This document shows positions 1 to 10,579 of a DNA stretch of 64,000 nucleotides, one piece after another. The stretch comes from an uncultured delta proteobacterium (GTDB lineage: Bacteria > Desulfobacterota > WTBG01). The stretch is from positions 32,001-96,000 of the forward strand of contig CAWCBP010000006.1 in NCBI GenBank assembly GCA_963793865.1. Reading direction: 5' to 3'. A program made the position numbers and the translations under genes. The notes below the pieces were generated by a model. The model was not told the DNA's origin, ran no database searches, and worked only from the letters and a program-made list of their open reading frames with translations. Each line of letters starts with the position of its first letter. The stretch's first letter is position 1.

Positions 1-405
1 TTTTGCTTTTTCACCGGACAGATTTACCTCGACTAAAACCCTCACCCTTTTTCCGCTCTGCATGGCTGTTCGATCCATTTCCTGCGCCAGCGCCAGAGAG
101 TCCGCCGAGTGGATCATTTCAAAAAGGCCGACGGCATGCCTGACTTTGTTGCGCTGCAGGTGGCCGATAAAATCCCATCGAACCGTGCCGGCGATCTCCG
201 GTACTTTTAAACGGGCCTCCTGGATGTAGCTTTCCCCGAATATGGTCACCCCCGAGGCAATGGCTTCACGTATGGCATCAACCCCGACCATTTTTGAAAC
301 CGCTACCAGCTTGATATCCGAAGGACTCCTGCCGGCCCTTCCCGCGGCCCGCTCCATTCTCTCTCGGATGCGTTCCAGATTGTTTTCTATCTCTGAACCG
401 GCCAT
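1..405 (-). CDS. yggS: YggS/PLPBP pyridoxal-phosphate binding protein, truncated by window edge
   Basis: Manual translation: MAGSEIENNLERIRERMERAAGRAGRSPSDIKLVAVSK...FGESYIQEA...WDFIGHLQRNK...VLVEVNLSGEKSK; GAGG RBS before ATG at 405. Not in the ORF track because it runs off the edge. Confidence 0.93.
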   Translation of the reverse strand, partial: MAGSEIENNLERIRERMERAAGRAGRSPSDIKLVAVSKMVGVDAIREAIASGVTIFGESYIQEARLKVPEIAGTVRWDFIGHLQRNKVRHAVGLFEMIHSADSLALAQEMDRTAMQSGKRVRVLVEVNLSGEKAK

Positions 406-604
406 AGTACCTCTGCCGCTCATCCCCGTTGATGCCGTGCCGCGCACGATGAGCGATATCCGCTTTTCATTTCTTTTTATTTATAGTATAGGTAATCAAA
501 TGTAAAGCCATTAGTGCATAAGCGCTGTGCGGGCGGCACGCCCCGGAACTTGAAAGGACGGTTTATGCACTGCAGACCCGTTAATAACCCAAGGAGACGG
601 CGAT

Positions 605-1156
605 ATGAGAATGTGCATCGTGGCGGTGTTCGCAAGCGTGATGGCGGTTTGTTCTGCAGTGCAGGCCAAAACCATGTTCGTAACCGACACCTGCACAATT
701 AATGTGCGGGTGCAGCCCGGCGAGGAATACAGGATCATGGATCAGCTTGCCGCCGACGAGACGGTCCAAGTGCTGGAAACGCAGAAACCGTGGGTGAAGA
801 TCTCCTTCAAGGGCGGCCTGGAAGGGTGGGTGCGGGATCAATATTTGACGGCCGAGCAGCCGAAGACAGTGCGGATAGCCGATCTGGAGAAGCAGTTGCA
901 GGAACAGGCGGCGCGCATTACCGGGCTGGACAGGGAAAACCTGTCTCTTAAACAGGAAAAGCTTACCTTCGATCAGACACTCAACACCCTCTCCGCGGAA
1001 AACCAGAAGCTGAAGCAGGAGCCGTACCAGCTTATGCTGCTGCTTTCGGGTGGCGGCATATTTTTGCTGGGCTGCATAACCGCCATCATCCTTCAGGCCG
1101 TCGGCAGGAAGAAGAGAGGGGGAGGTTTAAGTTTCGACAAGGGTGTCGGCTTTTAA
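605..1156 (+). CDS. SH3 domain protein (YgiM/TIGR04211-like): signal peptide, SH3, coiled coil, C-terminal TM
   Basis: VRVQPGEEYRI...WVKISFKGGLEGWV SH3 pattern, heptad stretch, C-terminal hydrophobic helix; AGGAG RBS. Confidence 0.8.
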   Translation: MRMCIVAVFASVMAVCSAVQAKTMFVTDTCTINVRVQPGEEYRIMDQLAADETVQVLETQKPWVKISFKGGLEGWVRDQYLTAEQPKTVRIADLEKQLQEQAARITGLDRENLSLKQEKLTFDQTLNTLSAENQKLKQEPYQLMLLLSGGGIFLLGCITAIILQAVGRKKRGGGLSFDKGVGF

Positions 1157-1173
1157 CACGAACATAAGGTCTC

Positions 1174-1203
1174 TGTAGGGGCGACCGGCCGGTCGCCCCT
1201 ACA
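1174..1203. repeat. Perfect 30-bp GTAG-type REP-like palindrome between convergent genes
   Basis: tgtaggggcgaccggccggtcgcccctaca is its own reverse complement. Confidence 0.8.
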
Positions 1204-1212
1204 GGTACATTG

Positions 1213-2412
1213 TCAGCTTTTATCGTTATAAAAATCCGCCACCGCCGCAACCACCGCCTCCTGCTGATCATGCGTTAAGTCCGGATAAATGGGCAGTGCC
1301 AGCACCTCGCGCGATGCCCGCTCGGATTCCGGGAGGCTCCCTTCCTTTACACCCAGATACGCGTAACAGGGCTGCAGATGAACGGGGACCGGGTAGTAGA
1401 TGCCGCAGCCGATGCCCCGCTTGTCAAGAAATGCCTTCAGCCCGTCGCGGTTGCGCGCCCGGATGACATACTGGTGGTAAATGTGATAATTCCCCTTCCC
1501 TTCGCGGGGGAGACGGAGCGGCATTTCCTGCCCTCCCGGCCCGTCCTGCGGCGCGGCCAGCCCCCTTTCCCTGAAGAGCCGATTGTAGGTATCGGCGTTT
1601 GAGCGCCGCCTGGTGTTCCATCGGTCAAGGTGCTTGAGTTTCACTTTGAGCACGGCCGCCTGCAGGGCGTCCAGCCTGCCGTTAATGCCGATGGTGTCGT
1701 AATAGTACTGTTCATGCTGCGATCTGCAGCCGTGATGGCGCAGGCTCCGTAATTTTGCCGCCAGGGACTCGTCGCCGGTGATCACCATGCCCGCCTCACC
1801 GCAGGCGCCGAGATTTTTTGTGGGAAAGAAGGAAAAGCACCCGCAATCGCCCCTGCTGCCCGCGTGGTGTTTGATCGCCGTGCCATCTTGCACATAATGC
1901 GCACCGAGCGCCTGGGCGGCATCCTCTATGATCCGCAGCTGATGACGCTTGGCAATTTCCGCCAGCGACTCCATGTCCGCGCACTGCCCGTAGAGGTGGA
2001 CCGGAATAACGGCCTTGAGCCTGCGGCGCTTTTCCGTTCCCAGGGCCGCGATGGTTTCCTCGAGTCTGCCCGGATCCATGATGTAGGTGTGCGGATCGAT
2101 GTCGCAAAAGAGTGGAATGGCCCCCACGCGGGAGATGGAGGAGGCAGTGGAGAAAAAGGTGAAGGGCGTGGTAATCACCAGGTCATCCCTTCCTATGTCA
2201 AGCGCCATCAGGGAGAGGAGCAGCGCGTCCGTGCCTGATGATACGCCGACCGCGCATGGCGTGTTCGTGTATCGGGCGATTTCCTTTTCGAATGACTCGA
2301 CGGTTGGGCCCAGGATAAACTGCTGGCTTTCGAACACATCGTCAACGGCGCGCTGCATCTCGTCCTTGATCTGCGCATACTGGAGCTTTAAATTAAGCAT
2401 GGGTACGTTCAT
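1213..2412 (-). CDS. DegT/DnrJ/EryC1/StrS nucleotide-sugar aminotransferase
   Basis: SSGTDAL, IPVHLYGQ, IIEDAAQA, FSFFPTKNLG (PLP Lys) motifs. Confidence 0.93.
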   Translation of the reverse strand: MNVPMLNLKLQYAQIKDEMQRAVDDVFESQQFILGPTVESFEKEIARYTNTPCAVGVSSGTDALLLSLMALDIGRDDLVITTPFTFFSTASSISRVGAIPLFCDIDPHTYIMDPGRLEETIAALGTEKRRRLKAVIPVHLYGQCADMESLAEIAKRHQLRIIEDAAQALGAHYVQDGTAIKHHAGSRGDCGCFSFFPTKNLGACGEAGMVITGDESLAAKLRSLRHHGCRSQHEQYYYDTIGINGRLDALQAAVLKVKLKHLDRWNTRRRSNADTYNRLFRERGLAAPQDGPGGQEMPLRLPREGKGNYHIYHQYVIRARNRDGLKAFLDKRGIGCGIYYPVPVHLQPCYAYLGVKEGSLPESERASREVLALPIYPDLTHDQQEAVVAAVADFYNDKS

Positions 2413-2493
2413 GGTTTTTCCTGCGGGGTTGCGTTAATAACATGAGACCCTTCACTCCATTCAGGATGACAGCGACACAGCATACTGTAGCCA

Positions 2494-2544
2494 GTAGGAG
2501 CGGCTTTACGCCGCGAATGTAATCGCGCATGAATGCGCTCCTAC
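2494..2544. repeat. GTAG-type REP-like inverted doublet
   Basis: gtaggagcggctttacgccgcga...tcgcgcatgaatgcgctcctac. Confidence 0.7.
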
Positions 2545-2585
2545 CGAACTTTCTTTATAGGTTCTTGACAGCTTTGGCAAGCTTT

Positions 2586-4226
2586 TTAGCTGGTTTCCCT
2601 TCTGATTCCTTCCCAATACGACCGAAGGGTTTTATCTCTTCTGTTGCCGGTGTTGAGGTAGCATTGCAGAAAGCGGAGCCGGTCCCGGGTCGAAAGGGCC
2701 GGGATGCTGAGCAGGGAGCGGTTGAGCCGCGTCAGGTCCCTGATCCGCTCCGCGGGACGAACCGTGTCCCTGATCCGGATGCCGTCTAAATCAGTCAGAT
2801 AGAGTGTTGTGCCGCCGCCCGTTGTGCGCTGCACCAGTATGTTTGCCGCCTTGAGATCACGGTGCCAGATGCCGCGTTCATGCATCATCTGCACCAGCAG
2901 CGCTGCTGCGCGAATGAGATTGCTTTTGTCAACGGCGCATTCAGCAGCCGACCCTGATCCTGCTTCCCGGAAGAGCCCGCTCAATGGAACGGCCTGCGCA
3001 ATATTTTGCGTGATACAAAAACTCTCTCTCAACACCCGCATCCTTCTCTTCTCCCCAAAGGCAACCGGCAACGGAGTGGATATCTCTCTGGCCAGCAGGG
3101 CATGCGCCGTCTTCCAGGTCCGTTTACCCCGGGAGCTGCGGAAGAGGTTTTTCAAGGCATAGAGGCTGTTCTGATAATTGTATCGCTTGATGAAGATGGA
3201 AGCGGGTTTGCCTGCCATGATCAGCGGCAGGGTGCAGGAAGAGGTGGTGTTTGAATTTTTTATAATACTGCAGGCGGGATCCGAAAATGCACGCCCGGGA
3301 TCCTGAAGCAGTTCCAGGAGTGCCGGTGAGGAGAACTCCCCCCTGAGAAATCCCCGGCAGGCAGGGAAGCGGAAGGGGATGAAGTACTTGTTATGCTTCA
3401 GGCACCTTCGCGATTTCCCGGCCCAGATCCTTTTCAGCATCCTCTCCGACCGGCTTTCAATGCGCCGGGCAAAATGCCGGAGCCGTTTTCTCCACCGTTC
3501 ATCACCCCGCGCATACTCTGCAAGAAAGCGGAAGCGCTCTTCCCCTCGGGCAGTGAAGCGGAAGGCGGTGCCGAGTGCCGCAAGGTTGTCAACCCGGTCA
3601 CGGTCATTAAGCCGGGATATCAGCCGCACGCGGTGCAGGTCCATGAGATACCACCTGATGTTATGCAGGTCCCGGGCGTCGATGAGGATGTTTCCCCAGT
3701 GGAAGTCCCGATGCAGGATTCCCTTGCGGTGCAGGTCCCGGACAAAGCGGGCCAGGCTGCGTATGATCGTTTTCCCGGCCACCCGTGACGTTTGCGCATC
3801 ACGTGACTGCCGGTCAAGCAGGTAATCTTTGAGTGATCGCGCATTATCAATTTCCCGCGATATGAGATAGCTTGCGGCGGGCAGGCCGAATCGGCGCAGG
3901 GTTCCGACCGCAAGCGGTTCAAAGGTGGGTATTCCCCGCGCCGCGATCCGAAGGGAGGTTTTCCACTCCCTGTCGGCGGGCGAGTGAAACATGTGTTTGA
4001 GCCGGCCGGTGAAATGAGGGAAGCGGTATTGCTTGAGGTAGAGGGCGGGAATCTCCGGGGATTCCGGATTCAGCAGCGCGACCGTCCGTGAAGGCAGCTC
4101 CCGTTTCAGCAGGGTATGCCTTACACCTTCCCCTGTGATCAGGCGGTTGAGCACCGCGGGAGAAAGGGTGTCGCGGTATGCTTCTTTGACGAGCCAGGCT
4201 GGCTGGTGCCGGGACATGGTTTCCAA
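2586..4226 (-). CDS. LPS kinase (Kdo/WaaP/InaA family) with two tandem kinase domains
   Basis: Two sets of K-x-Y...RE, HRDFHWGN/HRDLKAAN and LMDL/LTDLDG motifs; start approximate. Confidence 0.85.
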   Translation of the reverse strand: METMSRHQPAWLVKEAYRDTLSPAVLNRLITGEGVRHTLLKRELPSRTVALLNPESPEIPALYLKQYRFPHFTGRLKHMFHSPADREWKTSLRIAARGIPTFEPLAVGTLRRFGLPAASYLISREIDNARSLKDYLLDRQSRDAQTSRVAGKTIIRSLARFVRDLHRKGILHRDFHWGNILIDARDLHNIRWYLMDLHRVRLISRLNDRDRVDNLAALGTAFRFTARGEERFRFLAEYARGDERWRKRLRHFARRIESRSERMLKRIWAGKSRRCLKHNKYFIPFRFPACRGFLRGEFSSPALLELLQDPGRAFSDPACSIIKNSNTTSSCTLPLIMAGKPASIFIKRYNYQNSLYALKNLFRSSRGKRTWKTAHALLAREISTPLPVAFGEKRRMRVLRESFCITQNIAQAVPLSGLFREAGSGSAAECAVDKSNLIRAAALLVQMMHERGIWHRDLKAANILVQRTTGGGTTLYLTDLDGIRIRDTVRPAERIRDLTRLNRSLLSIPALSTRDRLRFLQCYLNTGNRRDKTLRSYWEGIRRETS

Positions 4227-4232
4227 GCGAAG

Positions 4233-5393
4233 TTACTTTTTATATTTCTTCAGCACCCTGCTGACGGCATCGATGACGTCATTCACATCCCGGTCGGTGA
4301 GCTTGGCAGAAAGCGGCAGGGAGATGGTCCTGTCTGAAACGCAGTCGGCGTTGGGGTAATCCCCGGGGGCAAATCCGAAGCGCTGCACGTAGTAGGGCTG
4401 AAGGTGCAGGGAAATGAAGTGAATACCGGTGCCGATGTTTTCTTCGTAGAGGGCCTGCTGGATGGTATCGCGGCCGACGGTAAGCTCTTCCAGACGCAGC
4501 AGGATGGTGTACAGGTGCCGGGCATGGGTGGTGTCGGCCTCTGCCGGCGCGGGGGTATCCAGGGGCAGGTGTCTGAAGGCTTCATCATAGCGCTGCCAGA
4601 TTTCCTCGCGCCGCGTGAGGTAGTCACCCACCTTCCGTATCTGGTGAATGCCCAGCGCCGCCTGCAGGTCCATCATGTTGTATTTGAATCCGGGGAAAAT
4701 GATCTGGTAGTGCTTGAACCCCTCGTCGGAGTAGCGCTTCCAGGCGCCCTTGCTCATGCCGTGCAATCCGTAGGTTTGGATCATCTCCGCGTAGCGGTCG
4801 TTGGCGGTGGTGATCATGCCTCCCTCGCCGGTCACCAGGTTTTTGGTGACATAAAAGCTGAACACCGTCAGGTCGCCGATGACGCCGATCTTCCTGCCCC
4901 GGTACACGGCCTCCAGCGCGTGGGCCGCGTCCTCGATGATGATGAGGTCATGCCTGCGCGCGATGTCGGTTATCTCATCCATGGGGCAGGGCCTGCCCGC
5001 GAAGTGAACGGGGACGATGGCCCTGGTCTTGGTGCTGATCTTTTCCTCGATTTTTTGGGGATCAATGTTCATGCCGGGGAGGCTGATGTCGGCGAACACC
5101 GGGGTCGCGCCGCTGTGAATGATGGCATTGGCGGTGGCGCCGAAGGTCATGGGGGAGGTGATGATTTCGTCGCCCGCCTTTAATCCGGCAACCACCATGG
5201 ACAGGTGAAGCCCCGCCGTGCAGGAGTTGAGCGCGAGCGCGTGTTTGGCCCCGGTATAGTCCCTGAAGAGCGCTTCAAACCGCCCGACCTTGGGGCCGGT
5301 GGAGATCCACCCCGAGCGCAGGGAATCCACGACCTCGTTGATTTCATCCTCCTCGATCCTCGGGCTTCCAAAAACTAAAAAATCTTTTCGCAT
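4233..5393 (-). CDS. DegT/DnrJ family aminotransferase (ArnB/PseC-like)
   Basis: NSCTAGLH, IIEDAAHA, FSFYVTKNL, GFKYNMMDLQAALG. Confidence 0.93.
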   Translation of the reverse strand: MRKDFLVFGSPRIEEDEINEVVDSLRSGWISTGPKVGRFEALFRDYTGAKHALALNSCTAGLHLSMVVAGLKAGDEIITSPMTFGATANAIIHSGATPVFADISLPGMNIDPQKIEEKISTKTRAIVPVHFAGRPCPMDEITDIARRHDLIIIEDAAHALEAVYRGRKIGVIGDLTVFSFYVTKNLVTGEGGMITTANDRYAEMIQTYGLHGMSKGAWKRYSDEGFKHYQIIFPGFKYNMMDLQAALGIHQIRKVGDYLTRREEIWQRYDEAFRHLPLDTPAPAEADTTHARHLYTILLRLEELTVGRDTIQQALYEENIGTGIHFISLHLQPYYVQRFGFAPGDYPNADCVSDRTISLPLSAKLTDRDVNDVIDAVSRVLKKYKK

Positions 5394-7390
5394 AGTGCGT
5401 TCCCTGTGTGTGCATGGTTGGATTTTTTTTGCCGCAGCTTGCCGTCATGCATGCGGATTCTCTCGGTTTTGCGCAGCACCTTCCGGATGAAGGGTTTGAG
5501 GGAAGGGTGCGTTCCCCCCCCGTCCCCGTAATGGCGCAGGAATCTCAGCCGGTCGGTCCTGGTGACGCACTGAAGATCAGCCGAGTAGTTGAGTGCCGCG
5601 AGGTCCTTTACCTTCCACCTGGCAGACACCCTGTTTCGTCGTTGTGCGCGGTGAAGATCTGCAATATAAATGCGCGGGGCTGCAGGTGCGTTTTTTTTTA
5701 CCAGCAGGTGACAGAGGTACAGATCCCGGTGATTGATCCCCGACCCGTGCATCCGCCTGATCAGGAGGGCAAGTTCCTTAATCAATTGCCGCTTGTCCGC
5801 TATCTGCTTCCATGTCAGGGGACGGATCATATCCCGGGCCAGGTAGTGGTCCAGTCGCTCTGTTCCCTCAAGCTCCCTGGTTATGAGAAAGGACTCGCAT
5901 TGTGCCGGCCCGGTTTTGCGCATGCCCGCGGCAAGGGGAATCATGGTGGGAATCCCCAGGCGATGAAAGGCGAGGATGTTGTCCCACTCATGCATGGCTG
6001 TCCCGCGCGGTGAAATGCCTGCCAGGCATGTGATGCCGCCCCTTCGGTAGCGCTTGAGATACACGCCTGCTTCACCATCATTGTCTGTGAGCGCCATTCT
6101 GACGGTTGAGCGCAACACCCCGACCTGCTTTACGGTTGCGCCGCGGTTGCAGCGCATGACCGCGTCGAAGTCGAAAAGATTGTTTTTCGCCAACAGCTTC
6201 GCTGCCTCCCGGTTGACAATTATACCGTTCTGCCGCGAGAAGGCAAAGCGTTTCCTGGCGGAGATGACTTTATTGTAGATCTCCAGGGTTTTTTCAAGAT
6301 TTTTCTCCAGGGTGTAATGCCGCGCGGTGGCCGCGGCATGTTCCCCCATGGCTTCGCAGACACCCTCGGGGATCATGCGGGAAATTTTTTCCGCCATCGC
6401 TTCCAGGCGGTTGGCATCTTCGAGAACACCGCCGTTTACACCTTCATTGATCAATTCCGTCGCCCCGTTGTTCCGGGTGGTAATGACCGGAAGGCCGCAG
6501 GCCAGGGCCTCGAGGCAGACGTTGGAGAAAGGGTCGTAAAGGGTAGGGAGTATCAGGAAATCACTTGCCCCATAGTATTCCTCCACCGCCGGCGTTTCAT
6601 CGATGAAGATGACCCTGTCTGCCACACCCAGCTCGGCGGCAAGCCGCCGATAGGGCCGCGAAGTTTCCCTGCCCACTACCACCAGCTTTATGCGATGCCT
6701 GTTTTTTTTGAGCAGGCTTAAGCTCCGCATGAGCTGCTCAAGCCCCTTCCTTTTATAGTTCCGGCTCACAAAGAGCATAACCCGTGCATCAGTGTCCACC
6801 GCCATCTTTTCGCGCACCTGTTTACGATACCTTTGTTTTACGCCGGGATTAAAGCGGTTCAGGTCAACCCCGTTGTAAATCACTTCAATCCTGTCCTCGG
6901 GAACATGGTAGCAGCTCATGAGCTGCTGTTTGCACAGCTTCGAATTGGCAATTATATACCCGTAGTGGTCAGGTTTGAAAATCTGTTTTTCTATGGAGAG
7001 AATCATGATGTGCCGCGGATTAAGCCGGGAAAGGGTTCTCGTGAGACCGGATGACGACCGCATCTCCAGGTTGAAGCGATGCAGGCCATCTCCCGCGCGA
7101 TACACGTCCTGGGGAAACGCCTGGGAAAAACCGTGCACGACATCGAACTGCGCGCCTTCAAGCAGCCGCCTGACGTTCAGCGCGAAGGAAAGATTTTTCA
7201 GGGGTGAATACCAGGAAAGGACGGGCACCTTGTGAAAGGTGATGCGCGGCTCAGCGGGCAGGTCCCAGGAATTGGCAAAGACATGCACCTCGTGGCCCCG
7301 GCCGGCTAAAAGACGGCTCAGGTGTACCACGTAACTTTCCGCCCCTCCCCACGTGAGCGTGTACTCTTTCCTGATCAGCGCGATTTTCAT
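5375..7390 (-). CDS. Fusion of a GT4 glycosyltransferase (WaaG-like) and a WaaP-like LPS kinase
   Basis: N-half MKIALI...GGAESY...YNGVD...PTLYDPFSNVCLEALACGLP; C-half YLKRY...HEW...NHRDLYLCHLL...DLHRAQ...KDLAALNYS in one ORF; start set at MKIALI. Confidence 0.85.
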   Translation of the reverse strand: MKIALIRKEYTLTWGGAESYVVHLSRLLAGRGHEVHVFANSWDLPAEPRITFHKVPVLSWYSPLKNLSFALNVRRLLEGAQFDVVHGFSQAFPQDVYRAGDGLHRFNLEMRSSSGLTRTLSRLNPRHIMILSIEKQIFKPDHYGYIIANSKLCKQQLMSCYHVPEDRIEVIYNGVDLNRFNPGVKQRYRKQVREKMAVDTDARVMLFVSRNYKRKGLEQLMRSLSLLKKNRHRIKLVVVGRETSRPYRRLAAELGVADRVIFIDETPAVEEYYGASDFLILPTLYDPFSNVCLEALACGLPVITTRNNGATELINEGVNGGVLEDANRLEAMAEKISRMIPEGVCEAMGEHAAATARHYTLEKNLEKTLEIYNKVISARKRFAFSRQNGIIVNREAAKLLAKNNLFDFDAVMRCNRGATVKQVGVLRSTVRMALTDNDGEAGVYLKRYRRGGITCLAGISPRGTAMHEWDNILAFHRLGIPTMIPLAAGMRKTGPAQCESFLITRELEGTERLDHYLARDMIRPLTWKQIADKRQLIKELALLIRRMHGSGINHRDLYLCHLLVKKNAPAAPRIYIADLHRAQRRNRVSARWKVKDLAALNYSADLQCVTRTDRLRFLRHYGDGGGTHPSLKPFIRKVLRKTERIRMHDGKLRQKKSNHAHTGNALCEKIF

Positions 7391-7478
7391 GGTATGGCGA
7401 AAAAGCCGGCGTTTAGAATAAAATTTTCGGACATTTGCTGCGAGTGACAAGAAGGATTTCAAATATCTTTGGCTAGCA

Positions 7479-8435
7479 TTATGTGCAGATCTTTTCTCCA
7501 CCTGCCAGACCGCCATCCTTCGGACATCCCTTCACGTGCCACTTGAGCAACCCACTGTAAATGCGGTAGTGGCGCACGAGACCTTTATTCATCCCGAGGG
7601 TACACACAATGCCCGCAGAAACCAGGAGCAGGTTGACAACGAGCTTGAGAACTTTTCCCGCCCGGAGGACATAGTAACTCAAGGCGCTGCGGTTTTTTTT
7701 AAAAAACATGTAAAGCGAGCGATAGTATTCAATCCACGCCTTGACCGGGCTTTTCTCCTTGCTCTTGCCCTGCAAATGGTAGACGCGGATGTGGGGGAGA
7801 TGATAAACGAGCCAGCCGGCCCTCCTCATGCGGAAGCACCAGTCGGTTTCTTCCAGGAAGAAGAAGTAGTCTTCGTCAAGGCCGCCCACCTTCCTCACCG
7901 CCTCGGCACGAACCAGCATGCAGGCGCCGATGACCGAGTCCACCTCAAGCGGTTCCCGGTAATCCCTGCGCTTGCTGGGATAGCGGGCGGGAAACAATGT
8001 TTTCAGGATGGTTTTATTGAAGAGCTCTGTCGCCAGGGTGGGAAAGCTGTCAAAGGAATTCTGTCTGCTTCCGTCGATGTCGATGTACCGGCAGGCAGCG
8101 ATTCCCGCCCCCGGTGTTTTATCCATAAAGGCAACCAGTCCCTGGAGAGACCCCTCGGTAAGCGCCGCATCGGAGTTGAGCAGGAGGAGGTAGCGGCCCG
8201 CGGCCCGGGCAAGGGCCTGGTTGTTGGCCCGGGCGAAACCCAGGTTCAGGTTGTTTTGAATGATGGTTACCCCGGGGAACTGTTCCCGCACGGCCCCGAC
8301 ACTCCCATCCTCTGAACCGTTGTCAACCACCATGATCTCGACATCAAGACCGGACGCGGTTGCAAAAACCGAGGAAAGACAGTTGAGCAGAAGCTCCCGG
8401 GTGTTCCAGTTGACGATAATGATTGAGACGTCCAT
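7479..8435 (-). CDS. GT2 family glycosyltransferase
   Basis: MDVSIIIVNWN, VVDNGSEDGS, LLLNSD, FFLEETDWC. Confidence 0.92.
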   Translation of the reverse strand: MDVSIIIVNWNTRELLLNCLSSVFATASGLDVEIMVVDNGSEDGSVGAVREQFPGVTIIQNNLNLGFARANNQALARAAGRYLLLLNSDAALTEGSLQGLVAFMDKTPGAGIAACRYIDIDGSRQNSFDSFPTLATELFNKTILKTLFPARYPSKRRDYREPLEVDSVIGACMLVRAEAVRKVGGLDEDYFFFLEETDWCFRMRRAGWLVYHLPHIRVYHLQGKSKEKSPVKAWIEYYRSLYMFFKKNRSALSYYVLRAGKVLKLVVNLLLVSAGIVCTLGMNKGLVRHYRIYSGLLKWHVKGCPKDGGLAGGEKICT

Positions 8436-8720
8436 ATGTCGATGCTGTGGCCGGGAAGGTGCCGGCTGCTGTCCGCAGCCCGATTCGTAAACAGGTGAGC
8501 AGTAACTGATATGCTCACGGCCTGCAGGTATGTGAGACATGGAAATAATGCCTTCACGCCGGTTAGGATTGTAGTAAGAACCGGGGACCATGTCAATGAA
8601 AACCAATGAATGCGGTCTGCGCAGGAGGTTCTCCCGGCCAACAAATAATTTGTAATCGTTTCGCCAATAGGGTAGAGTGCCAAATTAATTCTACAAATGC
8701 AGTAAGGGAAAAGGTAATCA

Positions 8721-10148
8721 TTGATGCAAGATAAATCGGCTTCATGTGCTGATGAACGGTTCAGGCCGTTTGAGGAGCGCATGCGCAGTGCCGGCATGCA
8801 TGAACTGGTCATTGAGCAGTTCCGGCGGCATTTCGTACAGCTTCTCGCCGGGGGTGCCGGTCTTATAACCCGGCGCGAGATCGATCCCCTTGATGAGGTG
8901 CCCGACCTGGAGCAGCTTGATAATTACTCCCCTGAAGGTATCAGAGCCCTGGACAAGGCGGTGGTCATCAAGCTCAACGGAGGGCTCGGCACGGGCATGG
9001 GAATGGAGCGGGCGAAATCGCTGCTGGAGGTAAAAAACAGCCTTTCATTCCTGGACATCATTGCCCGTCAGGTGCTCCATTTCCGCCGGACCTATAACTG
9101 CCGTCTTCCCCTGGTGCTCATGAACAGTGCCGTCACGCGAACCGAGTCCTGTGAATTGCTCCAGCGCTACCCCGATCTGAAGGGTCCGGTACCTTTGGAT
9201 TTTCTGCAGCATTGTATTCCCCGGATTGAGCAGGGGAGTCTTGCGCCGGTTTCCTGGCCCGCGGATTCCCGGCTGGAATGGTGTCCTCCCGGACACGGGG
9301 ATATTTATAGCGCGCTGGTAACCTCGGGCATGCTTTCACTCCTGCTGGAGGAAGGGTTTGAATATGCGTTTGTATCCAACGCGGATAACCTCGGCGCAGT
9401 GATGGACATCGGCATATTGGGTTACTGCGCGTCATCCAGGATTCCTTTCATGATGGAAGTGGCGGACCGTACCGAGGCAGACCGCAAGGGCGGACATCTG
9501 GCCCGGGCTAAAAATGGCACCCTTGTGCTGCGGGAGCTGGCACAGTGTCCTGAGGAAGAGAAGGAGATGTTTCAGGATATCAAGCTGTACAAATATTTTA
9601 ATACCAACACCCTCTGGATTAATCTGGTGTCCCTTGAGAAATTGCTTAAGGAGCACGGCTATATGCTCCCGCTGCCGCTGATTGTCAACTGCAAGACGGT
9701 TGAGTCCCGGGATGGCGCTTCACCCGGTGTGTGCCAGCTTGAGACGGCGATGGGATCGGCCATTTCGGTATTCCCCGGCGCTGCGGTCATCCGGGTGCCG
9801 AGGGTTCGCTTTGCACCGGTCAAGGCCTGCAATGATCTGCTGGGTTTGTGGTCGGATGCCTATGTTTTAACCGAGGATGCCCGGCTGGTGCAGAACCCGG
9901 AAAGAAGGTACGGGCAGATCGTCATTGAGCTTGATCCCCGTTACTACCGGCACATTGACCGGATGAAAGCCCGTTTCAGCCGGGGGGTGCCGTCGCTGGT
10001 GGCCTGTGAGGAGCTGGTGGTGGAAGGCGATGTGCTGTTCGGCGGCAATGTGGTGATGAAAGGTATTGTCCGTATCACCAATAAGAGCGGACGGCAGATG
10101 AGCATCCCTGACGGCCGGGTGCTTGAAGGACACGTCATTCTGGAGTAA
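8721..10148 (+). CDS. UTP--glucose-1-phosphate uridylyltransferase, eukaryote-type (UDPGP family)
   Basis: KLNGGLGTGMG, WCPPGHGD, SNADNLGA, KGGHL, FNTNTLW, LETAMG, RFAPVK. Confidence 0.9.
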   Translation: MMQDKSASCADERFRPFEERMRSAGMHELVIEQFRRHFVQLLAGGAGLITRREIDPLDEVPDLEQLDNYSPEGIRALDKAVVIKLNGGLGTGMGMERAKSLLEVKNSLSFLDIIARQVLHFRRTYNCRLPLVLMNSAVTRTESCELLQRYPDLKGPVPLDFLQHCIPRIEQGSLAPVSWPADSRLEWCPPGHGDIYSALVTSGMLSLLLEEGFEYAFVSNADNLGAVMDIGILGYCASSRIPFMMEVADRTEADRKGGHLARAKNGTLVLRELAQCPEEEKEMFQDIKLYKYFNTNTLWINLVSLEKLLKEHGYMLPLPLIVNCKTVESRDGASPGVCQLETAMGSAISVFPGAAVIRVPRVRFAPVKACNDLLGLWSDAYVLTEDARLVQNPERRYGQIVIELDPRYYRHIDRMKARFSRGVPSLVACEELVVEGDVLFGGNVVMKGIVRITNKSGRQMSIPDGRVLEGHVILE

Positions 10149-10579
10149 CCGTGAGGGGCTGGCGGGCGACGCTCCGTCGCGGCCGCAGATGATGCTATAA
10201 ACGCAATGCTGCGTGTTCCTCGACATATGTAATAATATGTCGACTTTCCGAACGCCGTTTGCTTCATTGATTTTGTTTTTTTGCATGTTTTTTTCTTGAC
10301 TCGGATTCCTCTTTACCGTATATCATGTACTCAATTTCCCCGGCACTAACCAGCAGCATCATCACACCGGTTGTACCGAAACTGCTTTCCAAAAGAGGGC
10401 GCAGCAGAACATCCACACCATAAAGCCTGCTCAGCAACTATCCTATACGCGATCGTCTGTACGGTGGATGAACAGCGGCACTTCGGGCTGCTCATTATAT
10501 TAAGACCGCCGGGAATGCCCGGCTTATTTATATATTATTACCAACCTAACAGCATATTTTTAAATGAGGAGAAGGTGTT

